A stretch of 64,000 bases of DNA, from positions 8,494,001 to 8,558,000 of the forward strand of contig CM022678.1 of the NCBI GenBank assembly GCA_012295275.1, written 5' to 3'. The stretch comes from Chrysomallon squamiferum. Lineage: Eukaryota; Animalia; Mollusca. This document shows, piece after piece, positions 1 through 22,829 of the stretch. Position 1 is the stretch's first letter, and every line of letters begins with the position of its first letter. Under the pieces are notes generated by a model that saw only the letters and a program-made list of their open reading frames with translations, did not search any database and was not told the origin of the DNA. The position numbers were made by a program, and so were the translations under genes.

Positions 1-9175
<9,175 letters not shown>

Positions 9176-9337
9176 CAATATAATAATAACAATAATATTA
9201 ACAATAATATTAACAATAAAGTAAAAAACTTATTTCAAATGCCTTAGTATAATATTGTTCAAACTTTCATTTTTTTCTGCATTTATATTTAATACATAAA
9301 TGTACATGTTCATATGTATGTAAAGGATAAAAAGAAA

Positions 9338-9369
<32 letters not shown>

Positions 9370-9859
9370 CTGAAAGTAAAGGTACAACAGAAAAGATTAG
9401 TAAATGTTTATAAACCAAGGACTTTTTTCTAGTTAAATGTATAAAGCAATATTCTGTACTGACAACACATGAGTTGTACCTGTTGCTAGTTTGTATCCAA
9501 AGTTACAACTGTAGAGTCCTGTTTGTCCACATTGGTGCAGTAATGGCTGCAGCTGAGATGAGAGTAAAACTGACATGGATCTGAAACTGTATTGAGAAAA
9601 CTGGTATTAGCTTTACTTAATTAATATAATAATACTTTTATAAATGTTACTTCTGTGTCAAACTCAGCTATTTGTGAAATTATCATCTGAGACAAGACAG
9701 TCACTCCTTTCAGTTTTTGCTTTGATAGATACAGTTTAGAGAAAAAATGCTAAGATGACAGTTTCAAACACAACACAGATGAAATGTGTCTGTAGTTTAA
9801 TATGAAGTGATCAAGTGATCAAGATTTGCAATGGAGAATGTAGCAATGGATGTCTACAA

Positions 9860-11555
9860 ATTCTCAAAGTCTGTTTATACAAGCAGACACAATAGAGAAG
9901 AATAATCTTACAATATTTATTTAACAGCTATAACAATATTGTCACTCTGGTGTAAAGTATTACACATGTTTATATATATTTATTTCTTCTGCAGAGACTG
10001 TTACAGCTGTTTCTCTCTTTCTAAAAAAGAAATGTGTTGTTCTCATTGATGATATATTTGGTAAGACTAATCATGTTTCAGTTTTTACAGACTCATGGAA
10101 ACTGAAATTTCCAAAGATATGGAACCTTGTTCAGGATGGTTCTTTGAAATGTATTATTTCTTTAAGAAAACAAATATTTTCAGAAAGTGAAATTAGTTTG
10201 AAGGAATTTGGTCTGTTTAATGAGAATCATGTTCTTGATCTGCAGAGTGATGACTATTGTCTGGATTATGATGAAAAGAAAGAAATTCTAAACAAATATC
10301 TGGAACAAAAAGATGTTACAATGAATACAAATTATAAATAGACTGTCACTGACAGTTCATCTACAGTTTGGATTTCCTCAGGTGTGTGTGTATTATGTTA
10401 ACTGTAGAATATGTCACATATCAGCTGGAAAACTGGAAAAATGATAAATCTTCAGAGATCAATTACCTAGTTCTACTGCTGATCTTGTTCCAACAAGGCA
10501 GTTTCAGCATTGATTCACTGGACCCTTTTGAAGATAACACTGACAGTGACATAATGAAATTAGTAAGACTGCTAGAGGTAGACTGAGTGTAGAAAACACT
10601 GGACTCAAACATATAAACAAAACAGCTGATTAATTGTGTACCTATTTGAAGCAGTGTGACAATAAACACACATTTATTCAGCAGTTAGTGTTTGACTGTT
10701 TCTGATGTTTACAACTAAGTTTCCAAAGAAAACAGCAGAGTTGCTAGAAGTGTATCCTGTTTCCATCTTGTTAGAACATGATGTAATGCCTGGAAATCTA
10801 ACAAAAGTCACATTGTTCTTGCTCACAAATTTACAGACTTGCTGGCATCAAGCAGTTTCAGAAAAATTATTTCATATCCATCACTGAAAGGTGAAGAGTT
10901 TCTAAAATATAGCATGGAGAAAACAGACTTTTATGGTAAGTTGTCTCAAATACTGCATCAGAGACAACGTAAGCTAAATTTCTATAAATCATTTGTACAT
11001 GTAAACACTGCTAGTGAAGTATTCAGTAATGTTTTATGTCTTCTTGACAATGATTCAAAATTTCACTCTAGTTACACACGGTATTTGAAAGTTGATTGAA
11101 ATGTTATAAATTCATCATCTGTTACAAGTGAGTGTACTGTGAATGGACTAAGAACATTGTCAAGACTTTGGAAAATGAATTTAACATATATGAAAAACAG
11201 AACGTTTGGATATTTCTCATTTGTTTAGTGATGAAGATGTTGTGAGAATACTGCTCAAATCAGGTGTTATTCCAACATTTGATACATTCTGTACAGCTGC
11301 TTGTTCAAAAACAGACAATATTCAAAGAACTGTTACAGTATAAAGAGGAGATACAAGTGACTCTGTGTTCACACTTGTTATGTCTTTATATTTGTTAAGG
11401 TAACATGATCATTGTTTGTCTTTTGGCTGAGCATTTCAAACATTATAAAAGAAATAGCAAAACTGAAACTTGATGGTTTAAATGATGAGAAAAGAGATAA
11501 AGTTCTTTTAGCAGCAGTAATGTGGACATCTACTGATACAGTGAATTTGTCACTA
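9860..11555 (+). pseudogene. Decayed nSTAND3-type (novel STAND NTPase 3) protein with C-terminal ankyrin-like remnants
   Basis: Open stretch 9997-10341: KCVVLIDDIFGK (Walker B), KCIISLRKQIF, HVLDLQSDDYCLDYDEKKEILNKYL; then frameshifted GFPQVC. Later DEDVVRILLKSGVIPTFDTFCTAA and DKVLLAAV are ankyrin-like. Walker A not found; many stops and frameshifts. Confidence 0.75.
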
Positions 11556-12100
11556 AATTCATTTTATACAAAGACAGAGAAATAGTGAGAACAGCTTTAC
11601 CCAAAACAAGCTGAAAAACAAGCAATACAGGGTTAATGAACAATTCCACAAAGAAATTAATGAGAGGAGGAAATTACTGCATCCAGATTACAAATCAGCA
11701 AAAGGCAAAGGAAAAGAGCGACTTTAAGTGGTGATAAATTGTATATGGAGGGCAGGCTGTTTAGACTATGAGAGGATGGGACAGAAGCCAGTAACACAAA
11801 CATAACAACTCAGCCAACAGAAACAAAAATATAGACCACAGCAACACAAGCCAACCTCTCACCAAGACAAACCAATTGAGTCAGTGCAATACAACAAGGG
11901 AGGAGGACAAGTCTTACAAAGCAAAAACAGTGTTGAGTAAATGTCAGTAAACTCTCTCATTTGTAAAAATACCCCAAACAAAAATCATAAAGAAATAAGC
12001 CCTTATATTTTAAAAATAACAGAGATTAATGTGTGAGGTTTGGTAAGTGAGCTCAGAGATACTATATTTCTTGAAACATCACTAATTATGATACATTAGT
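11555..12100 (+). mobile_element. LINE fragment: ORF1 C-terminus plus start of APE endonuclease (CR1/L2-group-like)
   Basis: KFILYKDREIVR...RVNEQFHKEINERRKLLHPDYKSAKGKGKRATLSGDKLYMEGRLF is a typical ORF1 C-terminus. LKITEINV*GLVSELRDTIFLE resembles an endonuclease N-terminus. Paralogous to 20585-21075 and 50833-51140. Confidence 0.8.
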
Positions 12101-12176
12101 ATTCTTTATTATAAAGTATATGCTAAAAACAGAGTTTCTTTATCTCAGTGTAAATCTGGGTGTATAGGTGTATATA

Positions 12177-14150
12177 TTAACCCTTTGAACCCGTCAGGTC
12201 AGTTTTCTGGCTGAGCATATAGTATATATACCCGCTTGTATACTTGGTCATACTTCCGCCAGGAAGCTTCAAGAAATTTTTGCAAATGATTGCAGTTTTT
12301 GGAGTATTTTTTGCCATAAACATGAGTGGTAAGAAAGTGACAACCAAGCAGACATTACGAATGATAATGTCAGATTCTGAGGATGAGAATGAAGTGTCTG
12401 AATATGGAAATAATAGTGATTTTGAAAACAAAGAGAGTGATGACAATGATGTTGTCAATGATACATATAATAAAAACACGAATGCAAATGAAGGTGAAAA
12501 TGAAAATGATTCTGTCGATAATCACATCCCAGGTGGTGATGTTTTACAACCTGTTAGTGGGTGTGGCCGTGGTAGGGTGTGTGGCCATGGTAGTCTGGTG
12601 TGGCCGTGGTTGAGGTGTGTGACAGAATTCTCAGACTCAGGTAGAACAGTGTCAGTGGACAAGTGACACGAGAGGGTATCGTGAAAAACAATTCAATCCT
12701 AAAGAACACCCCAGTCTCAGAAATATTCCAGATTCACTCAATAATGAGAGCAGCCCTGCTGACTTTTTTACTTTATTCTGGAAAGATGATTTGTGGCAGC
12801 TCTTTGTTGTTGAAACTAATACAGGCAGAACATAACAGAGAAGCAAAACCCTCACATTATTATTAAAAATAGTTTAGTACACTAACAGAGATAAAAGCAT
12901 TTTTTTGCTGTCGAGTAGCAATGGAAATCTTTATTCACAAGGACCGCTATGAACAATTTTGGTGAGATAAGGAAAATTTCTTGACCATCACACCTGAATT
13001 TGCACAGATTTTTACAAGAGATAGATTTTTAGCAATATGGTCTTTGCTACATAGTGTAAATAAATTAGACCCAGAGCTAGGCAAATCTGATAAGATTTAC
13101 AAATCAAGGCTGATGTTCAATCACTTGTTGGAAAAATTCAGGTTGCATTATACACCAAGAAGCAATCTGTCACTTGATGAGGAAATGATTCTGATAAAAA
13201 AAACTCTCTATCTATAAATCAGTATAACAAAGATAAACCGATAAAGTATCAACACCTTCCTAGTTTGTGACGTGAGAATGGCTACATTTCAAATACAGAA
13301 GTATACACAGGTCACAGGAAGGATGCTGAAACTGTTGAAAATCTTGGTGGACTGGAAACCTTGTTGTTTGTATGTTGGAACTGTTTTGTGACCAGCATTA
13401 CTGTGTGTTTTACAGACAGACTCTACACTAGTGTATATTTGTGTGAGTTTTTGCTGGAAAAGAGAGGAATCTGCCTAGTGGGCACTGCACTTACAAATCG
13501 CAAACTTTATCGAAAACAAACTGATCAAATCAAAAACTCAAATCAGATGAGGCAGTTTGAACTATTGTTCAATGTAATTGTAGCAGCAATTGTTTGGTGC
13601 AACAAAAAGCCCGTTTATTTTGTAACTTCTGCACTAATAGCCCACCCTCACCCAGTACATGTACAAAGATATGATAGTAAAGAGCACAGAAGACTTCCTG
13701 TGGGATGTCCAAAAGCTGTCCAAAGTTACAATGCATAAAAATGACCAACTTACTGAGCTGCATCAGAGCAGACGTCATTACAACTGGCCACGTCGTCTTA
13801 TTATGAACTTTTTTACGTGGGCTGTGAATAATGCATACGTAATCATGTGACCTTATCAGCTGCATAATCCCCAGGGGCAAAGAGTGTTTACATTCCACGT
13901 GTTTGTTGAAAAACTCTGCCATCAACTTGTGGGCAATTATCTCTGTCTGTTACCAGTGAAAGTGAATCTGTACACAGACAAACACCTCCAAGATTACAGA
14001 CCTCACGAGTTGGAAAGAGTCCATATCAAACAGTAGGTGTGTAGTGTGTCTGGAAAAGCACAATGACAACAAAGTCCTAGTGCTGCATATAAGAACCTTC
14101 CCAAAAAGTCAAAAACAGATTTTTGTAACTACTGCAAGACTTAGAAAAGG
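12177..14150 (+). mobile_element. Decayed piggyBac DNA transposon (DDE_Tnp_1_7-type transposase pseudogene)
   Basis: Left end TTAA|CCCTTT at 12177-12186. Acidic N-terminus (MSDSEDENE), FTRDRFLAIWSLLH, YTPRSNLSLDEEMI, FTDRLYTSVYLCEFLLEKRGICLVGTA, WCNKKPV, PKAVQSYN, WPRRL..AVNNAYVI and a Cys-rich tail (RCVVCLEKH). Multiple frameshifts and stops. Confidence 0.93.
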
Positions 14151-14473
14151 TATACCAGATAAATATATGAGACATTCAAATATAATTTCATGTAATAATT
14201 TGTTTAACAGTAAAAATATATTTGTATTAAAAAAGCTATGTTTGTTAATAGAACTATATGTGAGAGTATGTCCTTCTACACATCTGCATTTTAATTTTGT
14301 TATTTTATAGCTGAAATACATTCTTCTCTGTACTGTAATCTACACTTTATGAGAATGAAGTCATTGTCACTGTACAACTGAGTCTCATCTCCTGTAAAAA
14401 CACACAATATATTTGTCCTGACTTTTATTTGTAGAATTCTCTGGTTATTAGTTATTACTCCTTTTTATATTTA

Positions 14474-14528
<55 letters not shown>

Positions 14529-15479
14529 AATAAAATAAAATAAAATAAAATAAAATAAAATAAAATAAAGTAAAAGGATAGAGAAAAGTAAAAAGAACTT
14601 AAAATCAGACTGTGATCTGTTATTTTTATAATTGCTGTGTCATTTCATGAGTTGTCTTAATGATTATTCCTTATTGTATTATATTTTCATGTAGGCTGCT
14701 TAATTCAGTATAGGAGAAAATATTTTGCATAGAATTTTGTCAAAAACTGAGCAAAATGGAAAGGTTTACAATGACTAATGTATTTAAATACCTGCTGGAC
14801 AGCACCAAATACTTCAACTCTACTGGAGACTTGAGCTGCTCTTTGTTCCAAAATGTCAGTTTGACTTTGAATTTATCAACAATTTCTTGAATATTTTTAT
14901 CCTTAACAAGCTGATTTAACCTCTGAAAATAAACTGTTTAAATCCACTGTTTAGTATATTGGTTTCTTCAGTTCCTATAAATATATGATGAAAGATCTGA
15001 ATGTCATTCATTAAATACTGACCTTTCCTTGTTATAAAACAATTCAATAAATTAACACAGCATGAATCAATATAATTATAGAAAACTAAAAATTGAACTA
15101 TAACCTTTTCTAAATCTTATGTTTTGTATTCTAATGAGATCTAATGATGCAGTTATCAATTCAAATTATTTACTGAAAGATAATCTAAAGAGATAACAAA
15201 TATGTCTAAAATAAAGATGAATTAGATTCACATAATTAAAGCTAAAGTAGAATTTTTCATTAACAGAAACACCTTCAACAAAATTAATGTAGATATGTTT
15301 TTCTTTATGAACTGATTTCACACACACCTCAACATCATTCTTTAAGCCATGTAGTTCTTGGTCCACATTCTTTTCAGCAATGTCCCAAGACCTTTCTTGA
15401 ATCTCTTTTCTCTGCTCTAGAGTTAATTTGTCCATCTTGAAGGAACTTAGTCTATTTAAAATACCAAAAATAAACCATA

Positions 15480-15510
<31 letters not shown>

Positions 15511-15659
15511 CAAAAGGTAATGTAAAAACACTGAAGTGACATTACTCTGAAAATAATAAAGTATATTAATAAAATAATAAGCAGACATTTTATTAGTTTT
15601 GACATCATTTCATAAACAGGAAACATAAAATCCCTGAAAGACTAAGCATATGCCATGAG

Positions 15660-15713
<54 letters not shown>

Positions 15714-16310
15714 TTTTTAACATTTGTATCTACAAAATGACTTTTTAAATAGTAAAACATCAGGCCCCGATCTCTTTTCATAATAAACTAAAATGAGTGA
15801 AGATTGTCTAGTATAATAAGTTAAACATAAAAGTGGAAAAAGAAGAATTTTTACTCTATTTAATAAAAACTAAAAGAATACACCCTGTCCAAAACAAAGA
15901 AACTATGCTAACTGAATAAATAGTCTTTTTTCACATAAGTATTGTTTACCATATTGAAAGATTTCAATGACATAAATTGTGATATCATTAATTTAAAATA
16001 ACAAATCACATCTTTAAGTGAAATTATAAATAAAAGCAGAATAGAAATTTACTTACTTTGAATTCTTCATCTGATAAGTTGGTGAACTGAAATAAAAATA
16101 TACATTTGAGGCAGCTGTCCCAATGGGGAAACAAGTCTGGATATTGCTGACATTTTGCTAGTTAAGGAAAATGATGGATGCAACATGAACTGCTGAACTC
16201 AAAAGGTGTTTCCTAATTTAACTAATGTCTGCACAGACTGAAATAAAGAAACCTTAGCATAATATAAAAAGTCAGTATAAATAAAATGCACAAACCTGAA
16301 AAAACTCTAC

Positions 16311-16846
16311 ATGATTTAAATACACATAACTGAAAACTAGGACTGAAGATATCATGTCATGTTACATGTAATTATACATGATTTAAATACACATAACTGA
16401 AAACTAGGACTGAAGATATCATGTCATGTTACATGTAATTATACATGATTTAAATACACATAACTGAAAACTAGGACTGAAGATATGTCATGTTACATGT
16501 AATTATACATGATTTAAATACACATAACTGAAAACTAGGGCTGAAGATATCATGTCATGTTACATGTAATTATACATGATTTAAATACACATAACTGAAA
16601 ACTAGGACTGAAGATATCATGTCATGTTACATGTAATTATACATGATTTAAATACACATAACTGAAAACTAGGACTGAAGATATCATGTCATGTTACATG
16701 TAATTATACATGATTTAAATACACATAACTGAAAACTAGGACTGAAGATATCATGTCATGTTACATGTAATTATACATGATTTAAATACACATAACTGAA
16801 AACTAGGACTGAAGATATCATGTCATGTTACATGTAATTATACATG
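16311..16846. repeat. Minisatellite, 67-bp unit x8 (one 64-bp unit)
   Basis: Unit atgatttaaatacacataactgaaaactaggactgaagatatcatgtcatgttacatgtaattatac starts at 16311, 16378, 16445, 16509, 16576, 16643, 16710 and 16777. Confidence 0.97.
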
Positions 16847-16961
16847 TTTTAATCAGTTGTTTGCTCAAACCTGTGTAGTGGGATTCAGTATACACAGTGC
16901 AGACAAGATTACACACAATCAGATGACTCTAACCAAAACAAAGCATTTAATACCACCTTGA

Positions 16962-17027
<66 letters not shown>

Positions 17028-17109
17028 CACAAAGACACTGTATGTAAGTAAATACAAACATACAAACAAGGCTCAAAACTCATCTGAAATAAATTGAATG
17101 ACACTAATT

Positions 17110-17360
17110 TGTTTTTGGTAGCCCAAACAAAAAATATTCATGTTTCAGCTTTTGAGTGTAGGAAAAAATGTATTGATCATTAACTTTTGAAGTAAGATAA
17201 AAAAATATGCTTCGAAGAGTCACTTATGCAAATATACCAACATATGTGATACTGAAATTCTACTTTATCAAGAGAAAGAAAAATCAAATTTTTTTTTTAA
17301 CATCCCAGTCACCCAAACAGAAATTTGGTAGCATTTGGTGACTGGCCATTATAAGCCCTG
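17110..17360. mobile_element. Possible end of a non-autonomous hAT-like element
   Basis: Ends ...tggtgactggccattataagccctg (reverse complement CAGGGC, a hAT-like terminus) with repeated tggtagc subterminal motifs. The partner TIR and 8-bp TSD were not identified. Confidence 0.25.
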
Positions 17361-17838
17361 CACTCATATGTACATATGTATTTAAACATATTACTATTAT
17401 TTATTATTATAAAATATATCCAGACCACTTACTTCAGAAAATGTTTCTGTTTTATTGAATTCCTCTGTCTGGCTTGTAACTGTATCAGATGAATTTGTCA
17501 TCTTCAGGATTTTTCTCTCAAAATCACCTGCAAAACCAGAAAGAGATTTATTTTCAGCTTGCACAATTAAGTTTGCAAATCAAGATTACTTATTTAGCAA
17601 TTTTGGAAGGAAAGCTGGATCAGCCACAATTAACAAACTCAAAACTGTTTCCAGCTAATATTTCTCTGTTTTATTTCCTCTTTCATCTTGAACTTCTACA
17701 CTGATCTAGCAGACATTTTTGGCAGGCATCCTGGCTACTAATAATTATTTATGATGAGCCTAAAATTGTGATAGGATTATATCTCATAGGAAAAAATAAA
17801 AACAAATTCCTAAATAAAAATCAAAGAAAATATATTTC

Positions 17839-17912
<74 letters not shown>

Positions 17913-19749
17913 AGCTAACCTGAAATTTTTAGTTATGTTTGTGTAATTCCCAACTTTACTTAAAAACTGTTAAGGTTTATTAAAAAAAATATAAATTATT
18001 TATAAAAAAAATATATATTTCCTTAATTATTAGGATCAACATTGAGTGTCAAAAACAAAAACATGATATAAAAATACATTTTTGCCTTAACACAAAAATT
18101 AAAGTTAATAATAATAATAATTATTTATTATTTATTATATTATTGTTGTTGTTGTTATTATTATTATTTTAACATTAGCATAATCACCACCATTATTATC
18201 ATAATCATTTCTGTTACTATGTTTTCTTAGATACAGATTACTAAGAACTTTAAAATTTAAAGATTGTTCACCTTCTGTGTATCTCCTTGACATCTCCAGA
18301 GCTTTTCCAAATGGAGCAGTTGTTTCATAACCCTTTAGGAAAGAAAGAAAATAAAACAAAACATGAAATCACATTCCTATATAAAATGATTTGATCAACC
18401 AAGATTTTAATATATAATTTTAATTTAGTTATTGATGTTGATTTACTAATTTCCTGTAGTACATTACATATTTAAATTAATTATACACAGATAAAAACTG
18501 AAGATAACATTAACATATTAGAAAAGATATTTGTTGTTTTTTTAAACATATTCTCTGTTAATCCTTAGATTCATCACCTTCAAATATAATCATAAAACAG
18601 CTGTAGTGTTGATAAGAAAACAGGAGAGTGAAAATAAATAAATATATAATGTGTAATGCTAGTTAATATTCTCAGCAATTCCAATGTGTGAAGGCAACAC
18701 AAAGTGAAGGTATATTTGTTATAAATCTAAACAGTTAACAATATTCTCAATGATTTAGTTTTAAATATCTAAGAATAATGTGATATAAAAAGAAAGAAAT
18801 CTTCAACCGTTAAAATGCATATTAATAAGAAAAACAAAAAACTAAAAACAACAAATCCACAACAAACACCCAGTGTTACTTCTGGAAACAAATAAAAAAT
18901 TAAAAAACAAAAACATTTTAGACAACAAACTGCCAACACAGCCTATTCAGAAAAGATTTAAGGAAAAAAGAAGAAAAGAAAAATGTGTTTCTTGATAATA
19001 GTATGATATTGTCAATCTAATTATCATTTACAGTTTGTTATACCAATAAAACTTACTTCTTGCTGGTCTTTATCCCTCCAAGAAAGAAAATACATGTTTG
19101 TCCTGTATCATTACATCCATACAAAACATAATTAAAACTTTACTAACCTTTTCACTGCTAACATTTTCAGCATTTTCAGCTGGTTTATTGTCATCCATTC
19201 TGAAACACAAATAACAGAGTAATAAATCCAATAAGTCAGCAGGTAATTTAAATATTTTGGAAAAACACAAAGAATTACTAAGAAATGTATTTAAAATAAT
19301 TTTTAAAATAATAGTTAAAAAAACAAATAAATTCATTAACACAAACTGCAGTGTGTGAAAATCCATAAACTGATGCTGTTATCAATAAAACATTTTCCCT
19401 ATCTAGCATTACAAAAACTGAGAGTCTGTATGTATGTATGTATGTGTGTGTGTGTGTATACAAAAACAAAACTGTATTTGATATTTAAATGCAACATATT
19501 CTGTTGATGGTTTAAAAACATAATAATTAGGATAAAAATGTATGGTTATATCATATATGTATCATTTGTGTATAAGCTGGCATTTAGAAATATAGAAATG
19601 AAATTCATTTTTAAAAAAATGTTGATAACATTATAGATAATATGATTTGTTTTTGCTCCAATGAGTGGCAATAAAAACATCTTCTAGCCCTGTTTCCTAA
19701 AAGCTCATAGAAATCACAAAGTTTCCCATCAATGCAACAACTATCACAG

Positions 19750-22390
19750 CAGCAGTGAAACAAACCTTAAACCTGTCCCAAACATAAAAATAAAAAAATG
19801 TAAAAAGAGAATAAATAAGAGTAAAAATGTAAGTGGAGAAGAGAACAGAAAATAAGGGTAAGCAGCAGCTAAGCTGGTCAAGAAGTCACATACGGAGGAT
19901 GTCAAATACACAAAGCAGTGAGCTTGGATGTTCATCTGCACCATTTTATCAGTCAACACCAATTCAACAGTCTCAGCAGTCTCAGTATGGACAACATGGA
20001 CAGACTATGGATCCCACAGTCAGTATTCTGGTTTAACTTCACCAGTTGTGCACAAGTAAGATGTCAGTATAAAATCAGATACTTTGACTAGAAAGTTAGA
20101 TATGATGTGTGATGAACTGAAAAAACTTGACCTGATTGAGAAACCACTGAATAGTATGGATATAGCTGTACAAGACATTACTGGTAAAGTGATGGGTATC
20201 AAGAAAACAGTGCAACATATGGAAATGGGTATGAATTACAATAACAAACAGTTTGAAAGGAATAAAAAAGATCTCAGAAATTTGAAATCTGTTGTGTCAG
20301 ATATGAACAGTTCTACCGTAAACTTAGAGATAATAATAACAGTTTGAAACAAATATGTGAATTAAAAACCGAGTTTGGAAACTTAAGAGAAAACCTCACA
20401 ATGAACTCACTTCATGCATGACAATTTATTCTTCTGTTGAATACCAGAGAAAGACGAGGAAGACACAGAAGAGGAGTTGAAAAGGTTTATAAAAAATTAA
20501 ATGAAAGTGGAAAATAATACTGACTTTCACAGAGTGCACTGAATGGGGAGGAAGTTTGGTGGATATACAAGGACTATTTGTTGCTAAATTCATTTTATAT
20601 AAAGACAGAGAAATAGTGAGAACAGCTTTACCCAAAACAAGCTGATAAACAAGCAATACAGGGTTAATGAACAACTCCAGAAAGAAATTAATGACAGAAG
20701 GAAATTACTGCATCCAGATTACAAATCAGCAAAAAGGCAAAGGAAAAGAGCGACTTTAAGTGGTGATAAATTGTATATGGAGGGCAGGCTGTTTAGACTA
20801 TGAGAGGATTGGACAGAAGCCAATAACACAAACATTACAACTAAGCCAAATGAAACAAAAATATAGACCACAGCAACACAAGCCAACCTCTCACCAAGAC
20901 AAGCCAACTGAGTCAGTGCAATACAACAAGGGAGGAGGACAAGTCTTACAAAGCAAAAACAGTGTTGAGTAAATGTCAGTAAACTCTCTCATTTGTAAAA
21001 ATACCCCAAACAAAATTCATAAAGAAATAAGCCCTTATATTTTAAAAATAACAGAGATTAATGTGTGTGGTTTGGGAAGAAACCCACCTAATAATGTAAT
21101 AAAGAAAAATCCTTATAATAAGCTGCAAGAAAGGAAGTCAGAAAAGCCAGAAGAAGATATAAACAATCTGGTGGAAGCATACTGAAAGCTGACTTGAAGT
21201 ATGAAGAGAATCAGTATAAACAAACACTAAACAGAGCTGTTAGGGAATATAGAACATAATATTAAACAAAAAATGAAAATACTAAAAACTTCAAAACCCA
21301 ACTTCAGTTGTGGTCAGTTCTAAACAGAAATAAACAGGGATGGTCAAAAGTGGAGGTGTCAATTGCTTCTTTATTTCATTTTTTCAAAACTGTTAATTTC
21401 AATGTTGATGAAAATTTGCCTGATTATGTAACACCAACAGAAGAATAACACACTAATGATAAGAAACCACTAATGATATTTTGAACAAGACTTTTTCAGC
21501 CAAAGAAATATCTAGTGAAGAGACTCCAGTGTAATTGATCAGCTGGAGAAGACTTTATTATCAATGAACATGTTAATTATACTGCTAATGTAATGCTACT
21601 TTTATATGTACTGTTAGTCTATTGTTTAATGTTATTCTTGACTCAGCAATTATACCATCCGATTGGTTAGTGGAACTCATCAAACCAATATATAAAAATA
21701 AAGGTGCTCGAAATGAACCTGAAAATTATAGACATATCACATTATTAATTTGCTTAGGTAAATTATTTACATCTGTACTTAATTCTGGATTAAATATGTG
21801 TGCAGATGAAACAAACCTGATTTCAGAAAATCAAGCTGGATTTTGTTAAAATTATTCAATGACAGACATATATATTTTCTTTATACTCGCTAATTATTTT
21901 AACGAACAAATGTAAAAAGAAATAGTATTGTGCTTTTATAAATTTTGAGAAAGCGTTTGATTATGCAATAAATTAATTAGGTCTGGTATAAATGGAAAAT
22001 GTTTTATTGTCTTAGTAAATATGTATGAAGATACTAAGGCTAGAATTACAGCAAACGGTTTGTTATCTGATAGTTTTAATTGTGAAATTGGTGTCAGGCA
22101 AAGAGAAAAAAAAATAACTATTTTTATTCTTCTGTTTTTCTAAAAGACTTAGACAAATTTCTTATAGTTAATAAGGCAAATGGACTAGAATCAATTACAA
22201 CATTTAGTGAAGAATTTAATGTTTATTTAAAGTCTTTTTTTTATTCTTATGTTGATGATAAAATACTGTTAGAAGAATCAACTGATGCTCTACAACATAA
22301 TCTTAACATTTTTTTATTTTTACTCCTGACTATGGACACCTAAAGTTAATACAAATAAAACAAAAATAATGATTTTCAGTAAAAAAAAAC
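19750..22390 (+). mobile_element. Decayed, internally deleted LINE (ORF1 coiled-coil/RRM/CTD; endonuclease mostly deleted; partial RT)
   Basis: Coiled-coil ORF 20084-20347; DFHRVH..G..VAKFILYKDRE; KLYMEG; LKITEINVCGL joined directly to linker sequence; RT-region FNVILDSAIIPSDWLVELIKPIYKNKGARNEPENYRHITLLICLGKLF..ISENQAGF, CAFINFEKAFD, CEIGVRQ, YVDD. Confidence 0.9.
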
Positions 22391-22829
22391 AACAACTAGT
22401 AACAAAAATATAATTAACAAAACTTTAGCAATTGTTTTTGAAACTGAGGAAAACAACTAATAAATTTGAATAAATGGGAATAGTAGCTGAAAACATATCA
22501 ACAATAATTATGTAAAAACAAAAGTAAAAAAATAGTAAAAATGATTACCTGTAATATTAACAATGATGACGTAAAAATAAAAAAATAAAAGATTTATTTT
22601 CATATTCATGTATATTTTTAAAATTGAGTATTAGTGTGTGTAGCAAAGATACCAACTGTTTAATAAAAAACAAATAAAAAAAACAAGTTGATTCCTACAT
22701 AAATATAGATCAACATATAAAGTGTCTATACTTTTCTTATATTTATATAATATATAATGTTTTTAAAAAAACAAATACTGTAGATTAAATACTGAGGATT
22801 TGTAACAAGGTGTAGTTAAACTGTATTAA

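Larger units (their letters stand above)
14792..19200 (-). pseudogene. Degenerate multi-exon gene remnant, product uncertain (possible death-fold/CARD-like segment)
   Basis: Splice-bounded exon candidates: ~19148-19200 (MDDNKPAENAENVSSEK); ~18271-18333 (GYETTAPFGKALEMSRRYTEG); ~17433-17740 (VQDERGNKTEK*LETVLSLLIVADPAFLPKLLNK...TFSE, with stops); ~16057-16238; ~15272-15450 (KMDKLTLEQRKEIQERSWDIAEK...YINFVEG); ~14792-14922 (RLNQLVKDKNIQEIVDK / fs / QSQTDILEQRAAQVSSRVEVFGAVQQ). Confidence 0.45.

Noticed and set aside
12244-13850. Domesticated PGBD gene
   Set aside because: Multiple stops and frameshifts plus a retained TTAA/TIR end indicate a dead transposon.
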